Shown: piece after piece, positions 19,867 through 31,509 of the stretch
Numbering within the stretch: position 1 is the stretch's first letter
Layout of the letters: every line of letters begins with the position of its first letter
Assembly (NCBI GenBank): GCA_035193785.1
Contig: CP136572.1
Coordinates: 4,116,578 to 4,180,577 of the forward strand
DNA length: 64,000 nt
Source: Planktothrix sp. GU0601_MAG3
GTDB lineage: Bacteria; Cyanobacteriota; Cyanobacteriia; Cyanobacteriales; Microcoleaceae
Direction: 5' to 3'
Notes under the pieces: model-generated
What the model saw: only the letters and a program-made list of their open reading frames with translations
Told to the model about the DNA's origin: nothing
The model's database searches: none
Program-made: the position numbers and the translations under genes

Positions 19867-22800
19867 CTAAGGTTGTCCCCTTCCAATATTGTTGGTAGTG
19901 ATTTCCAAGATAGTTTGAAATTCAAAATTCATGTTTAACTGATTTAGGATACTCATTAATTCCTGATTTTCCGGGGGAATTTGAGCAATTAAATCTGCAA
20001 TTTTTTCATCGCTTCCTTGAGCCGCCGCATAATATAGTTCTCCTTGCCATTCTGGTGACATTATGGTGAGGAGAGAACTTAAATTTTCTTCTGAATTGGG
20101 GGAAGAATTAGAACTTAATTGTTCTAGCTGGGTCTCATTTTTTTGATAGATATATTGTACACCCAAATGGTGGCTAATTTTTTCCAGTAAATTGTCAACT
20201 TCTAGGGGTTTAGTGATGAAATCATCACAACCGCAAGCCGAAATTTTTTGTTGATCCTCCTCAAAAACACTGGCGGTTAAAATGATAATTTTGGTTTTTT
20301 GTCCCAGGGATGCACCCTTAATTAGTTTAGTGGCGGTTAACCCGTCCATCACGGGCATTCTGACATCCATTAAAATCAAGTCCGGTTGCCAAGTTTTCCA
20401 ACAATCAATGGCTTCTTGACCATTTTCCGCATTCTCAATTTTAAACCCCAGACTTAATAATAATTCATTTAGTAATAAACGACTATCTAAGCGGTCATCG
20501 ACGACTAAAATTTTATATTCTGGCTGTCCGGGCGCAAGATGAATTGCTTTAGCTTTAGTTGTATTCACAGACAATGGATAATACTCTAAAGAATGAGTCG
20601 GAATTTCAAAGCTAAATAAACTTCCGACCCCTAACTGACTGCTAACGTGAATATCTCCCCCCATCAGTTGTACATATTTTCGGCTAATGGCTAATCCTAA
20701 TCCGGTTCCCTGATTAGAATTTAGTCCCGATTCCGTTTGTTTAAAGGGTTTCAAAGAGTAGGTGAATTTCCTCGGGGGAAATCCCAGCACCCGTGTCTTC
20801 GACTTCAAATAAAATAAACTCTAATTCCTGCTGATTCTCGGAATTAACAGCCGGATTTTTTGGTTCTAAATCCTCTAAATTAGAAGCCAAGGAGGTTTCG
20901 GTTTGAACAATTTGATATTCCCGTTTAACCCGAACTATGACTTTTCCTTTAGTGGTAAATTTAATCGCATTGCTTAACAAGTTTAATAAAACCTGTCGCA
21001 ATTTTCCTTCGTCGCTTTGTAAATAACAGGGGAGGTCGGGTGCATACTCAAATTTTAATTCTATGTTTTGGGATTCTGCCCGCATTTGCATCATTTTTCT
21101 TAACCCTTCTAAAAGATTAATTAAATCAAACTGATGTTGATTGAGGGTGGTTCTTCCGGCTTCAATTTTAGACATTTCTAAAACGTCATTAATTAGGGTT
21201 AATAAATGTTCCCCAGCTTGATTGATAATTCCCACATATTTATGATGTTTGGCAGATAATAAAGGATCTTCATTCATCAACTGAGTAAATCCTAAAATTG
21301 CATTCAAGGGTGTTCTTAACTCATGGCTCATACTCGCTAAAAATTCTGATTTAGCTTGGTTAGCTGCATCGGCTGCTATAACTGCTTTTTGTAAATCAAT
21401 TGATTGTTTTTGGGTGGTTTCTAATAATTCAGTTTGTTGTAAGGCTACTCCTAACTGATTACTAATTTGGATGGCAATATTAATTTCTACTTCCTTCCAC
21501 TCCCGGGGACTGGAGTTTTGGTAAGTGGCGAGTAAACCCCATAATTTATCATTGGAGAAAATCGGAGTAATAATATAAGCTCTAGCCTGAAAACTCTCTA
21601 ATAATTTGATATAACATTGATTAAATCCAGCGTTATAAATATCAGCAACGGCACGATGATTCACCCCCCGACCATATAGCCCCCCTTGGGTATCTTTCAA
21701 ATAGGTATCTTGGATGGGAGGGAAATTACTAGAAGAATTATTATCAAAGAGTTTAACGGTACACCGTTCATTTTCTGTGGTATTTTCCTGCAATGAGGGA
21801 TTGGTATTTTGTTCTTCAAATAAAGATATCCACCCCTGACTCACGGATTCGGCGATGAATTCTCCACTCCAGTCCGGGCGGAAACTGATACACCACAACC
21901 CGTTCACAATTAAGCACTCGTCTTAATTCTAAAGCTGTGGTGGAAAAAATCATTTTTATATCTAAGGTTTGGCGGATTCTTTGAATTGCTTTCGCTAGAG
22001 CCTGCTCCCTTTCTAAACTTTCTTGTAAAGCGATTTGGGTATTTTTGCTATCGGTGATATTTTCAGAAATACACAACATATGGGTAATTTTTTGATTGTT
22101 AATAATTGGGATTTTTTGGGTTCTTAATAGCAGGTCGTTACCGGCTAGATTATGAATCATAAATTCCGGGATATCTATGGCTTTTTTGTGATTTAAGATT
22201 TCTAAAACATGGGATCGAAAATAATCCGCTTGCTGCTGGGGTAAAAGATGATAAATATTTTTGCCTAAAATCTCCTCTCGCTTGACTCCAAATATCATTT
22301 CACTGGATTTATTCCAGAGTTCAAATTTAAAATCATTCTCGACATTTTTTACATAGATAGCTAAGGGAATATTTTCAATAATCGTATTTAAAAATTGCTG
22401 GGATTTGGCTAATTTTTGATCAAGTTCTTTTCGTTCAGTAATATTATTAAAGGTGCAAACAATTCGGTCTAATTTACCCAGATTATTGAACTGAGGATCA
22501 ATATTTAGCAATAACCAAGCCTTTAGTTGGGAGGACTGGTCTTGAGCAAGTCCCAGAATTAGGTTGTGGACGGGTTTCCCCTGGGAAATTGCTTGATGAA
22601 TGGGTTGCATTTTCTCGGTTAAGGGATTCCCTTCCTCATCGAGAAATTGCCAAGGTAGGGAAAATATATTTTTCCCCTCTAATTCCGGTTCGGTTTGTAC
22701 TAATAAATCTTGGGCAAATTGGTTACTCAAAACAATATTACCCTGGGGAGATAAAAGTAACACACCTACGGGCATTTCTCGAATTAGAGAACGGAAGCGT

Positions 22801-23601
22801 TTTTCACTCTCCTGTAGAGCATTTTGATAGACTAATTGACTGGTATATCGTTGATCAAAAACCGATGTTACTAAGGTTCCAATTAGCAGGATTAAGGTGA
22901 CAATCCCAATCTGTATCGCTAACCCGGAATTGGCATTGGCTTCCATTAAGTTTGCGGGAAACAGAAGACTGTTCGACCATGGACACCGCCCAGATGCCCG
23001 TGTAGTGCATTCCACTGATACCAACGCCCATCACCCCGGCACTGCAAACCTTCCAGGGATTAAGCCCCGAGGAGGGGGAATTTCTCAGGTAAAATGCCAA
23101 CCCCAAGGCTACCATGGAGGCAATAATGGCGATCGCCACCGACAGCAAAACTCGCCCTAAATTGTATTCCATCATCGCCCCAGCAACGGTCATTCCTGAC
23201 ATTCCTAGATAGTGCATGGAGGCGATCGCTAATCCCATGACCACACCGCCGGAAAACAATCCCAAACTGAGTTTCGGCCGACTGAATAATAATAAAGCTA
23301 GTCCCGAAGCGATAATGGCCACTCCCCAGGAGACTAGGGTAATCACCATATTGTAGGTCACGGGCAGGGGGAGTTTCAGGGCTAACATCCCGATAAAGTG
23401 CATTGACCAAATGCCTGTGCCCATGGCAACAGCACCGCCTAACGTCCATAGGAGGCGACTTCTGGGGGGTGATTGGAGGGTGACTCGTGTAGCGAGATCT
23501 AAAGCAGTATAGGAGGCAATCACCGCGATTAAAAATGAAAAGGCAACTAAAGAAGGTTGATAATGGTTGTGAATAACCGTCATAGTGATTAATAATTGCA
23601 T
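19867..23601 (-). CDS. Hybrid histidine kinase (MHYT-PAS-PAS-GAF-HisKA-HATPase-REC); apparent frameshifts at 22958, 21881 and 20748
   Basis: MHF/MHY/MHYT repeats, MSHELRTPLNAI H-box, GTGLGL G-box, LMDVRMP receiver; four ORF pieces join by single-base removals. Confidence 0.85.
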
Positions 23602-24122
23602 ATTTTAGAAATTGAGTTAATGATTGATAACCTAGCTTGACTATCAATAATGAAACCGAAATTTAAAGGTTTTTCTGAAATTTTATATAGGAATTCATTC
23701 ATGCGACGGAACATGGGGGCAATCGGAAAATCATTTACTTTATTATATCGATATTGCCCTGACTTATAAAGTGAACATTTTATTATAATTTCGGTGAAGG
23801 TTTAGACAATGACGAATAAAAAAGTAGGTTTTTGAATCCCATCTATCAATATTTAGTCCAATTTTAGTATTAAATTATACTAAAATCATGGACAAACGCT
23901 GGAATTTTTCTCCGACAAATACCTACAACCTAATGGCTATAGGTGTTTCATAAAAACTAATTTTTGTCAATACCCTAAAGTCAACCTCTTGTAACTTTCT
24001 TCTGCTTGAATTTTGCAAAAATGGTTAAGTCTATGCAAGGATATTGAAATGGGAGTTATAGCAGTGTTGCCTGCTATATGGAACCAGTAGGCTATTGCTT
24101 CAAGAACATAACACCTGACTGA

Positions 24123-25441
24123 ATGACCATTGACCAACTCATTGATATTCTCAAAGTCAGTTTACCCGAAGGTCTGACATCCCTCCAAGAAATGGTGTTA
24201 CGTTCTTCTTGGGATGGTAAAACCTATGCGTTAATGGCGTCGGAAACCAACTATGTTAAGGAATACTTGAGTCGGGCTGCGTCGGAACTGTGGTCAACCT
24301 TGAGTGATTTCTGGGAGGAAAACCCATTGGCAAAAATAACTTACGCCTGGTATTCGAGTCCCGTCCGTTAACCAAAGCCCAACGAAAACTTCTGGAACAG
24401 TTTCAATCTCAAACCTTGGGCTCTGTTTTAGAGTTCCCCGGGGCGCCTGTGGGCTTAGACTCCAAATTATATATTGAACGTCCTCCGATTGAAACCCTTG
24501 CCTATGAAGAAATCACCAAACCCGGCAGTATTATTCGGATTAAAGCCCCTTGGAAAATGGGCAAAACTTCTTTACTTTTAAGAATTATTAATCAAGCTGA
24601 ATCCTATCATTATAGCACCGTTAATATTGATTTTCAACAGGCAGAAAAAACTATTTTTTCCGGGGTGGATAAATTTTTTCGTTGGTTTAGTCGAAATATT
24701 AGTTGGAAATTAAAAATTCCTCCCAATCTCGATAACTATTGGCATAAAAATATGGGCAGTAAAGTCAGTTGTACCATTTATTTTGAAGCCTATCTCTTAC
24801 AACAAATTGAGACGAATTTGGTTTTGGGACTAAATGAAGTTAATCGTCTCTTTGAATATCCTGATATTGCCGAAGAATTTTTTTCACTTCTGCGATCTTG
24901 GTATGAGCAAGCCAGAAGTAATAATACCTGGAAAAAGTTGCGTTTAGTTTTAACCTATTCGACGGAAATTTATATCCCTTTAAATATTAATCAATCCCCT
25001 TTTAATGTAGGATTACCCTTAAAATTACCCGCTTTCGATCCCGAACAGGTTTTATCCTTAGCCCTGCGTCACGGGTTAGACTGGACTCCCGCCCAAACCA
25101 AGCAACTTATGGCAATGGTTGGTGGTCATCCTTTTTTAGTTAGACTGGGATTATACCATTTATCTCGAGGGGAATTAACCCTAAAACAACTATTACAAGA
25201 AGCGGTAACGGAAACAGGAATTTATAGTAGCATCCTGCGGCGGATTTTGGCGGTTTTACAGGCAGATCCTCAACTTGAAAAAGCATTTAAACAGGTGATT
25301 TATGCCGATCAACCGATTAAATTAGCTTCCGTAGTCACCTACAAATTAGATAGTATGGGAATTGTCACTCTGAAAGGGGATTATGTTGTCTATAGTTGTG
25401 AACTGTATCGACTATATTTTAAGAATCAATTACTTGAGTAA
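24123..25441 (+). CDS. N-terminal HTH-like domain + AAA-like (AAA_35-type) NTPase; apparent frameshift at 24318
   Basis: LTSLQEMVLRSSWDGKTY...LWSTLS N-terminus; APWKMGKTSLL, QSPFNVG and VGGHPFL motifs. Confidence 0.8.
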
Positions 25442-25509
25442 CATAGAAGATTATCCCTGATTTATTAAAGTGCGACCCCTTGATTTTAATTATATAAACA
25501 GGAGGAACC

Positions 25510-25788
25510 ATGAATAGCGCGGTAATGCCAATGCGAAATCAGCATAAAGATTTAATTGAGCGGTATGAAGCATTGCTTCTATATTCTGAAATCCCTCTAA
25601 TTCCCGTCAGTCAAACAATTCTTAAGCAAGCTGCGAATATTCGATCTACTACAAATATTAGAACTCCCGATGCAATTCATGCAGCCACAGCCCTAAATCT
25701 GGGTTTTACAATCTTCCTAACTAATGATTCCGGTTTACGAAATCTTCCTAGTTTGCCAGTTGTTATTCTCAAGGATTTAATCAGATAA
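25510..25788 (+). pseudogene. N-terminally truncated PIN/VapC toxin
   Basis: RTPDAIHAATA and FLTND motifs present; N-terminal xDT catalytic motif absent; no adjacent antitoxin. Confidence 0.65.
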
Positions 25789-25870
25789 TGAGGAACAATA
25801 AAGCGATTCTATCGACTATTAGGTTATAAGGGTTAAATCAAAACTTGAAAAAATAAGGATGTTTTGGTAT

Positions 25871-26518
25871 ATGTTAATTTCTAAATTATCCCGTTCAGGA
25901 CTATCGGTTTTCCTGGCTTTAGGCCTAACAACAGCCGTGGCTACACCTCTGCTGCAAGCTATTCCCGCCACAGCCCAAGCCTTCCCCAATAGCTTACAAC
26001 GGGATAGAATTTTAGCCGGAACCCAGATTCCGGTAGAATACTCCCAAGCTGAAAAAATCGTGGTCATGCCGAATGAAACCGTCTCCCTAACGATCACGGT
26101 AGCACGAGATATTGTGACCAGTCAGGGACGGGTTTGGATTCCGGCCGGGGCTGAAATTGTCGGACAATTAAAACCCGCTTCCGGGGGATCTCAATTTGTG
26201 GCCAGCGAGGTAATTATCGGTGCGGGAAAACGGTTTCGCCTAGATGCAAATTCTGAAGTTGTGACCCATACCGAAACCGTCCGCAAAGGTGCCTCGGCAA
26301 CGTCTATTATCGGTGGGGCAGCCATTGGGGCCGCAGCAGCCGCAGCTATTGGTGCGGTGGCTGGGGATAATGCGATCGCCACGGAAGAAGTTTTAGTCGG
26401 TGCGGGACTCGGTGCCATCACTGGAGTCTTCGTTGGGCGGAGTCAAGTGGATGTGGTGGTGATTAATCCGAGTCAAGACCTCAGTTTAACCTTACAATCG
26501 GATATCATATTCCGATAA
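25871..26518 (+). CDS. Secreted conserved hypothetical protein with glycine/alanine zipper
   Basis: Signal peptide; GAAIGAAAAAAIGAVAG segment. Confidence 0.75.
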   Translation: MLISKLSRSGLSVFLALGLTTAVATPLLQAIPATAQAFPNSLQRDRILAGTQIPVEYSQAEKIVVMPNETVSLTITVARDIVTSQGRVWIPAGAEIVGQLKPASGGSQFVASEVIIGAGKRFRLDANSEVVTHTETVRKGASATSIIGGAAIGAAAAAAIGAVAGDNAIATEEVLVGAGLGAITGVFVGRSQVDVVVINPSQDLSLTLQSDIIFR

Positions 26519-26521
26519 ATC

Positions 26522-26666
26522 GTAGTGAGGTGTTCACGCCTCTCTGTTTCTTTCAAGATAGCCCTGAAGGGCTTACTACTATTAAATTGTAGTGAGGTGT
26601 TCACGCCTCTCTGTTCCAAGATAGCCCTAAAGGGCTTACTACTATTAGCCCTGAAGGGCTTACTAC
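26522..26666. repeat. REP cluster with two REP types
   Basis: GTAGTGAGGTGTTCACGCCTC at 26522 and 26589; AGCCCT(G/A)AAGGGCTTACTAC at 26560, 26623 and 26647. Confidence 0.85.
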
Positions 26667-26668
26667 CT

Positions 26669-27773
26669 ATGAGGATTTCCACGGCTAAAAAATACGGGGT
26701 CGCATTCTGCCTAACTTTGGGGTTAACGGCATTAGTTAGTTGTTGGAGTCCTAAAGCCACACAAACGGCTGAGTCTTCCCTACAACAAGCTCAGAAACAT
26801 GGCTCAAGGGATAACCCAACAACTGATCAGTCAAACCCAAAATCCCCGTTTTGCCCAACCGATTGATTGTCAATTAGGTCAGGATTGTTTTATTTTGTTA
26901 TATCCCGATCGCGATCCAACCCCTAATGCCGTTGATTTTGGTTGTGGACGTCAAACCTACGATGGGCATAAAGGCACGGATTTCGCCATCCCCGACGAAC
27001 AGGCCATGGCTAGAGGGGTTCCGGTCTTAGCCTCCCAGGGGGGCACGGTGTTGCGTGTACGGGACGGGATAGCAGATCGACGAATTCAAACGGAAGCCGA
27101 TAAAAAGACCGTGGAGGGGACGGAATGTGGCAATGGTGTGGTAATTGATCATAGTTCTATTCCCAATGGGGCGGGGTGGGAAACTCAATATTGTCATTTA
27201 CGCCGGGGAAGTGTACAGGTCAAACCTGGGGACAAGGTAGAAAAAGGGACGGTTTTAGGGGCGGTAGGAGCTTCGGGTTTGGCATCCTTTCCCCATGTTC
27301 ATCTCACCATTAATTATCAGGGAAAAGTAATTGATCCCTTTGTGGGGCCAGCAGCAACGGCCGGGTGTAATGTGACCCGCAACCCGATTTGGGAACAGTC
27401 TTTTGCCTATATTCCCACGGGGTTAATTCGGGCTGGATTTTCTGCCCAACCTCCAACCATGGATGAATTATGGCAGGGGAAATTTAATCAAACTACCTTA
27501 CCCCAAGACAGTCCAGTATTGTTATTTTGGGTGCAGGTTTATGGGGTATTAAGTGGGGATAAAATGGTTTTTAATTTGTATAATCCCCAGGGACAAAAAG
27601 TTTTAAATAATGAAAATTTTGCTAATGATTCCAGTAAAACTTGGATTGGTTATGTTGGGAAAAAAAATGATCCTCAACAACCTTTAACTCCTGGCACTTG
27701 GAAGGCAGAATATCAATTAATTAGAGGCGATCGCACTTTAGTTAAAACTCAAAATCAACTGGAAATTAAATAG
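26669..27773 (+). CDS. M23-family metallopeptidase, probable lipoprotein; apparent frameshift at 26794
   Basis: Lipobox LVSC; HKGTD, TQYCHL and FPHVH motifs. Confidence 0.85.
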
Positions 27774-27909
27774 GGAATAGGGAATAGGGAATAGGGGAAA
27801 AAAGATATAATCTCAGTTATTAGTTCACTCCTAAACTGATAACTGATGACTGATGACTGATGACTGACGACTGATAACTGATGACTGATGACTGACGACT
27901 GATAACTGA
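27771..27909. repeat. Heptamer STRR tracts (GGGAATA; ACTGATG/A)
   Basis: Tandem heptamers between convergent genes. Confidence 0.85.
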
Positions 27910-29509
27910 TTACTCATTTTCCCAATCATCTAAATAACGCTTTAATAACGGTTTAATATCCGCTTTAATGGGTTGTTCTTCTTCCTCAAGTTCAGTAGAA
28001 TTAAAATTAAGCGGTTCAATAATTTTGGCAAAAGCATCTTGAACAAATTGTTTCACAAATTCATCCCGACGAGTTAACTGAAATTGTCGTTGTACTACTT
28101 CTGTCATTCCGCCATCTCCCCAGTCTTGATCTTGGCGGAAATATTCAATAAAACTCTTACCAGCAATTCGGGTTAAATAGGCCGCACTCACCGCTTGAAT
28201 TGCCCGTCCGACCACTAAAGTTGCTAAATTCAATTGTAAGGCGGTTGAGACTAACTGAATCACCCCTTTAACCACTCCTAAACTTCCCAAGGTTTTCGCT
28301 AACGATAACGCCAATTCCCGACCCCGATCAGCATTTAATTCACACCCATATATTTTACCAATTTCGATCACCATTTGGGTATTAACTGCCGCCGTTGCAA
28401 TTAAATCAATTACGGGTAAAGGTGTTAACGCAATTACCCCCGCACCTATCCATTGAAACCGCTCCACAATTTTTTCTGCTTCCCGTTTTCGTTGGCTATC
28501 AATTAATAGTCGGGCTTCTTCTCCTAAGCGTTGGGATTGTAATAAAATATTATCGGCAATTAATTCTTCTCCTTCGGCTCTTAAAATTATTGCTATCCGT
28601 CGAATTAAGGGCATAATATCCGGTTCTGGTTGGATAATTTCCCCAGTTTCTAATTTAATTGGTTGCGGATTTGCTGCGATAGAAATTACATCATTTCCAT
28701 CTAAAAATAGTTTAACTCGATCTTTGATTTTCGCTAAAATAATATTTTTATCAGCTTCTGGGTATAAATCTATTTTATTTAAAATAATTAGCGATCGCTT
28801 GCCAATTTCAACTAAGGCTTGTAAAGATTGATATTCCGATTGTCTTAAATCATTATCTAAAACAAATAATAATAAATTAGCATCCATCGCCACCGAACGC
28901 GCTAATTTTCCCCGCTCAGACCCAGCTATTCCTGCTTCTAAGATTCCTGGGGTATCAGTAATTAAAATTTCTCGGTCAATTCCCTCTAGTTTTAAATGAT
29001 AGGTTTCTCCCACTTCCGTTGTTCCCATGGGTGCATTAACTTTCCCCACCATTCGACCCATTAAAGCATTAACTAAAGAGGTTTTTCCCGCCGACCCCGT
29101 ACCAAATACAACCACTTGAATATTACCTTTAGCTAATTCAGAAGCGATATCTTGAGAACGACTTAATAACGCTTTTTTAGCAATTTCATCTTGAATTTGA
29201 GTAACCTGTTGTTGTACGGATTTGAGCGATGCTTCCGCCGCTTCTATTTTGTCTAAAGGTATTTTTAAAGGTCGCCGTTTTTTACGAGATTTTCCTGATT
29301 TTTGGAAGAATCGAGTATAATAAAAAAAGGCAAAAATTGCCAATCCCAACAGGATAATTAACAACAAAAGTAGCAAATTTGCTAAAATAGGATTAGCTGA
29401 CCAAATCACCTGACTATAAAGAGCCGATAGGGAAACTAACCAGCCAAATCATTAACCCTAAAATCAGGCAAATTCCAAAAATTAAAAGTAAATAGCGAGA
29501 GATGGGCAT
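27910..29509 (-). CDS. GTP-binding protein with DUF697/YcjF domain; apparent frameshift at 29432
   Basis: GTGSAGKTS, DTPG and NKID motifs; true start MPISRYLL at 29509 after correction. Confidence 0.85.
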
Positions 29510-29572
29510 AATGCGATCGCTCCAACCTTAAATTAGCCAACTTTGTCTTTCTATACTAAAGAATAATAACTC

Positions 29573-29784
29573 GTAGTAAGCCCTTCAGGGCTTTCTTATT
29601 AAAAAGAATAGAATAGAGGCGTAAATGTAGTAAGCCCTTCAGGGCTTTCTTAAAAAAGATGGAATGGAGCCCTGAAGGGCTTACTACGAGGATGGAATAA
29701 GCCCTGAAGGGCTTACTACGGGGGTGGAATGGAGCCCTGAAGGGCTTACTACGGGGATGGAATAAGCCCTGAAGGGCTTACTAC
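29573..29784. repeat. REP array, six copies of the AGCCCTGAAGGGCTTACTAC family
   Basis: Copies at 29573 and 29627 in one orientation; 29668, 29700, 29733 and 29765 in the other; 32-33 bp period. Confidence 0.9.
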
Positions 29785-30362
29785 GGGGGCGGGAGAATTT
29801 GATGGATAGTTGATACTTGTTGATCGTAGTTTTCTTGAGTTAAAACAGGAACCATATTTTCTAGTGAAATTGTTTTTTGTAACTCAATCCAAGACCGACA
29901 TCCCCGATAATTAGGATGATCGGGAATATCATAAACTTGAGATAATTTATAGGTTCTCAGCAATAGAATATAAAGGGGTTGATGGGGTTTGAATTGAAGG
30001 CGATCGCGCACAAATTCTTGATTCCAAATATGATATTTTATTAAGGAATTGATTAAGGATTCATTTTGAGAATTATGCCATGATAAAATATGAGTAATTT
30101 CAGCATAACTGCTGATTTTAACGGTTTCAGGATGCCAACCAGAAGGGACAGGTTGCACAAGATTCGCATATTCAGGTTTTAATAAAGTGGGTTTTTGATG
30201 TTCCAGGGTAGGATAGAGTAGAATTTGATCGTGATCTACCTTAAATTTTCCCCCTTGTTCGCGAATTCCTCCTTTTCTTAATAACATAATGGTTTTGCCC
30301 AGTTCTAAGGCTTGAATGGCAATATCCCATTCTTTTAAAGCATAATTGGTTCCGGTTTCCAT
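29781..30362 (-). CDS. DUF1802 family protein
   Basis: ALKEW...LLRKGGIRE and YRGCRSW motifs. Confidence 0.85.
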   Translation of the reverse strand: METGTNYALKEWDIAIQALELGKTIMLLRKGGIREQGGKFKVDHDQILLYPTLEHQKPTLLKPEYANLVQPVPSGWHPETVKISSYAEITHILSWHNSQNESLINSLIKYHIWNQEFVRDRLQFKPHQPLYILLLRTYKLSQVYDIPDHPNYRGCRSWIELQKTISLENMVPVLTQENYDQQVSTIHQILPPP

Positions 30363-30431
30363 AGGTTGATTTTAGATGTCAATTGTCTCTAATTTTAGAT
30401 ATAATAATAACCTACAACTGAGGAAATTAAC

Positions 30432-31394
30432 ATGGAAAAACGAATTCTAGGTCAATCTGATATTTTGATTACTCCCATTTTAATTGGAACTTGGCAAGCG
30501 GGAAAACGGATGTGGGTGGGTATTGAAGATGCAGAAACAATTAAAGCCATTCGTGCCGCCTTTGATGCGGGTATTACAACTGTTGATACCGCAGAAATTT
30601 ATGGCGAAGGACACTCGGAACAAATTGTGGCTCAAGCCCTATCTGATGTCCGAGATCAAGTTATTTATGCTAGTAAAGTGTTTGCCAATCATTTAAAATA
30701 TGATCAGGTGATTGAAGCCTGTGAACGATCTTTAAAAAATCTGAATACCGATTATATTGACCTCTATCAAATTCATTGGCCTTCTGGATCTATGAATTCG
30801 GAAATTGTTCCCATTGCCGAAACCATGAGGGCTTTAAATCACTTAAAAGAACAGGGGAAAATTCGAGCAATTGGTGTTTCTAATTTTTCTCGTTCTCAGT
30901 TAGAAGAAGCTGCCCAATATGGGAGAATTGAAAGTTTACAACCGCCCTATTCTTTATTCTGGCGTCATGTAGAAAAAGATGCCATGCCCTATTGCATTGA
31001 ACAGAATATTTCGATTTTAGCCTATTCTCCCTTAGCCCAAGGTTTATTAACCGGAAAATTCGGCATTAATCATCAATTTGCCGAAGGAGATCATCGGTCT
31101 AAAAATAAGTTATTTTCCGATAAAGAGCATTATCAACGGGTACAAAATGCCCTAGACCAATTAAGACCCATTGCCGAAGTTTATCACTGTACTTTAGGAC
31201 AATTAGCGATCGCTTGGTTAATTGCTCAACCCCAAACTAACGCAATTATTGGGTTTAGAAATCCCGAACAAGCCCAACAAAATACTCTAGCAACTGAGAT
31301 TATTCTTTCGCCCGAAGATCTCGCAGAAATTGATAAAATTGGACGAACTGTTACTGATTATTTAGATGATAGTCCGGTGATGTGGAATTTTTAA
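30432..31394 (+). CDS. Aldo/keto reductase
   Basis: DTAEIYG, IDLYQIHWP, IGVSNF and AYSPLAQGLLTGK motifs. Confidence 0.93.
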   Translation: MEKRILGQSDILITPILIGTWQAGKRMWVGIEDAETIKAIRAAFDAGITTVDTAEIYGEGHSEQIVAQALSDVRDQVIYASKVFANHLKYDQVIEACERSLKNLNTDYIDLYQIHWPSGSMNSEIVPIAETMRALNHLKEQGKIRAIGVSNFSRSQLEEAAQYGRIESLQPPYSLFWRHVEKDAMPYCIEQNISILAYSPLAQGLLTGKFGINHQFAEGDHRSKNKLFSDKEHYQRVQNALDQLRPIAEVYHCTLGQLAIAWLIAQPQTNAIIGFRNPEQAQQNTLATEIILSPEDLAEIDKIGRTVTDYLDDSPVMWNF

Positions 31395-31509
31395 AAGGTG
31401 ATATTCTTAACCCATTCCCCATCACGGATTTAAGAGAATTACGCACATTAACCCTGCCCTCAACTTGATTAAGAGACAGATTAAAATCCGTGAAATCCGT
31501 GAAATCCCC

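Noticed and set aside
26473..26866. ORFs with repeated peptides (SKPFRA; ALKGLLL)
   Set aside because: Translations of REP repeats; only the part from ATG 26669 belongs to the M23 gene
29573..29784. CRISPR array
   Set aside because: Linkers are only 12-13 bp and similar to each other, repeats occur in both orientations and elsewhere in the window, and there are no cas genes; this is a REP cluster
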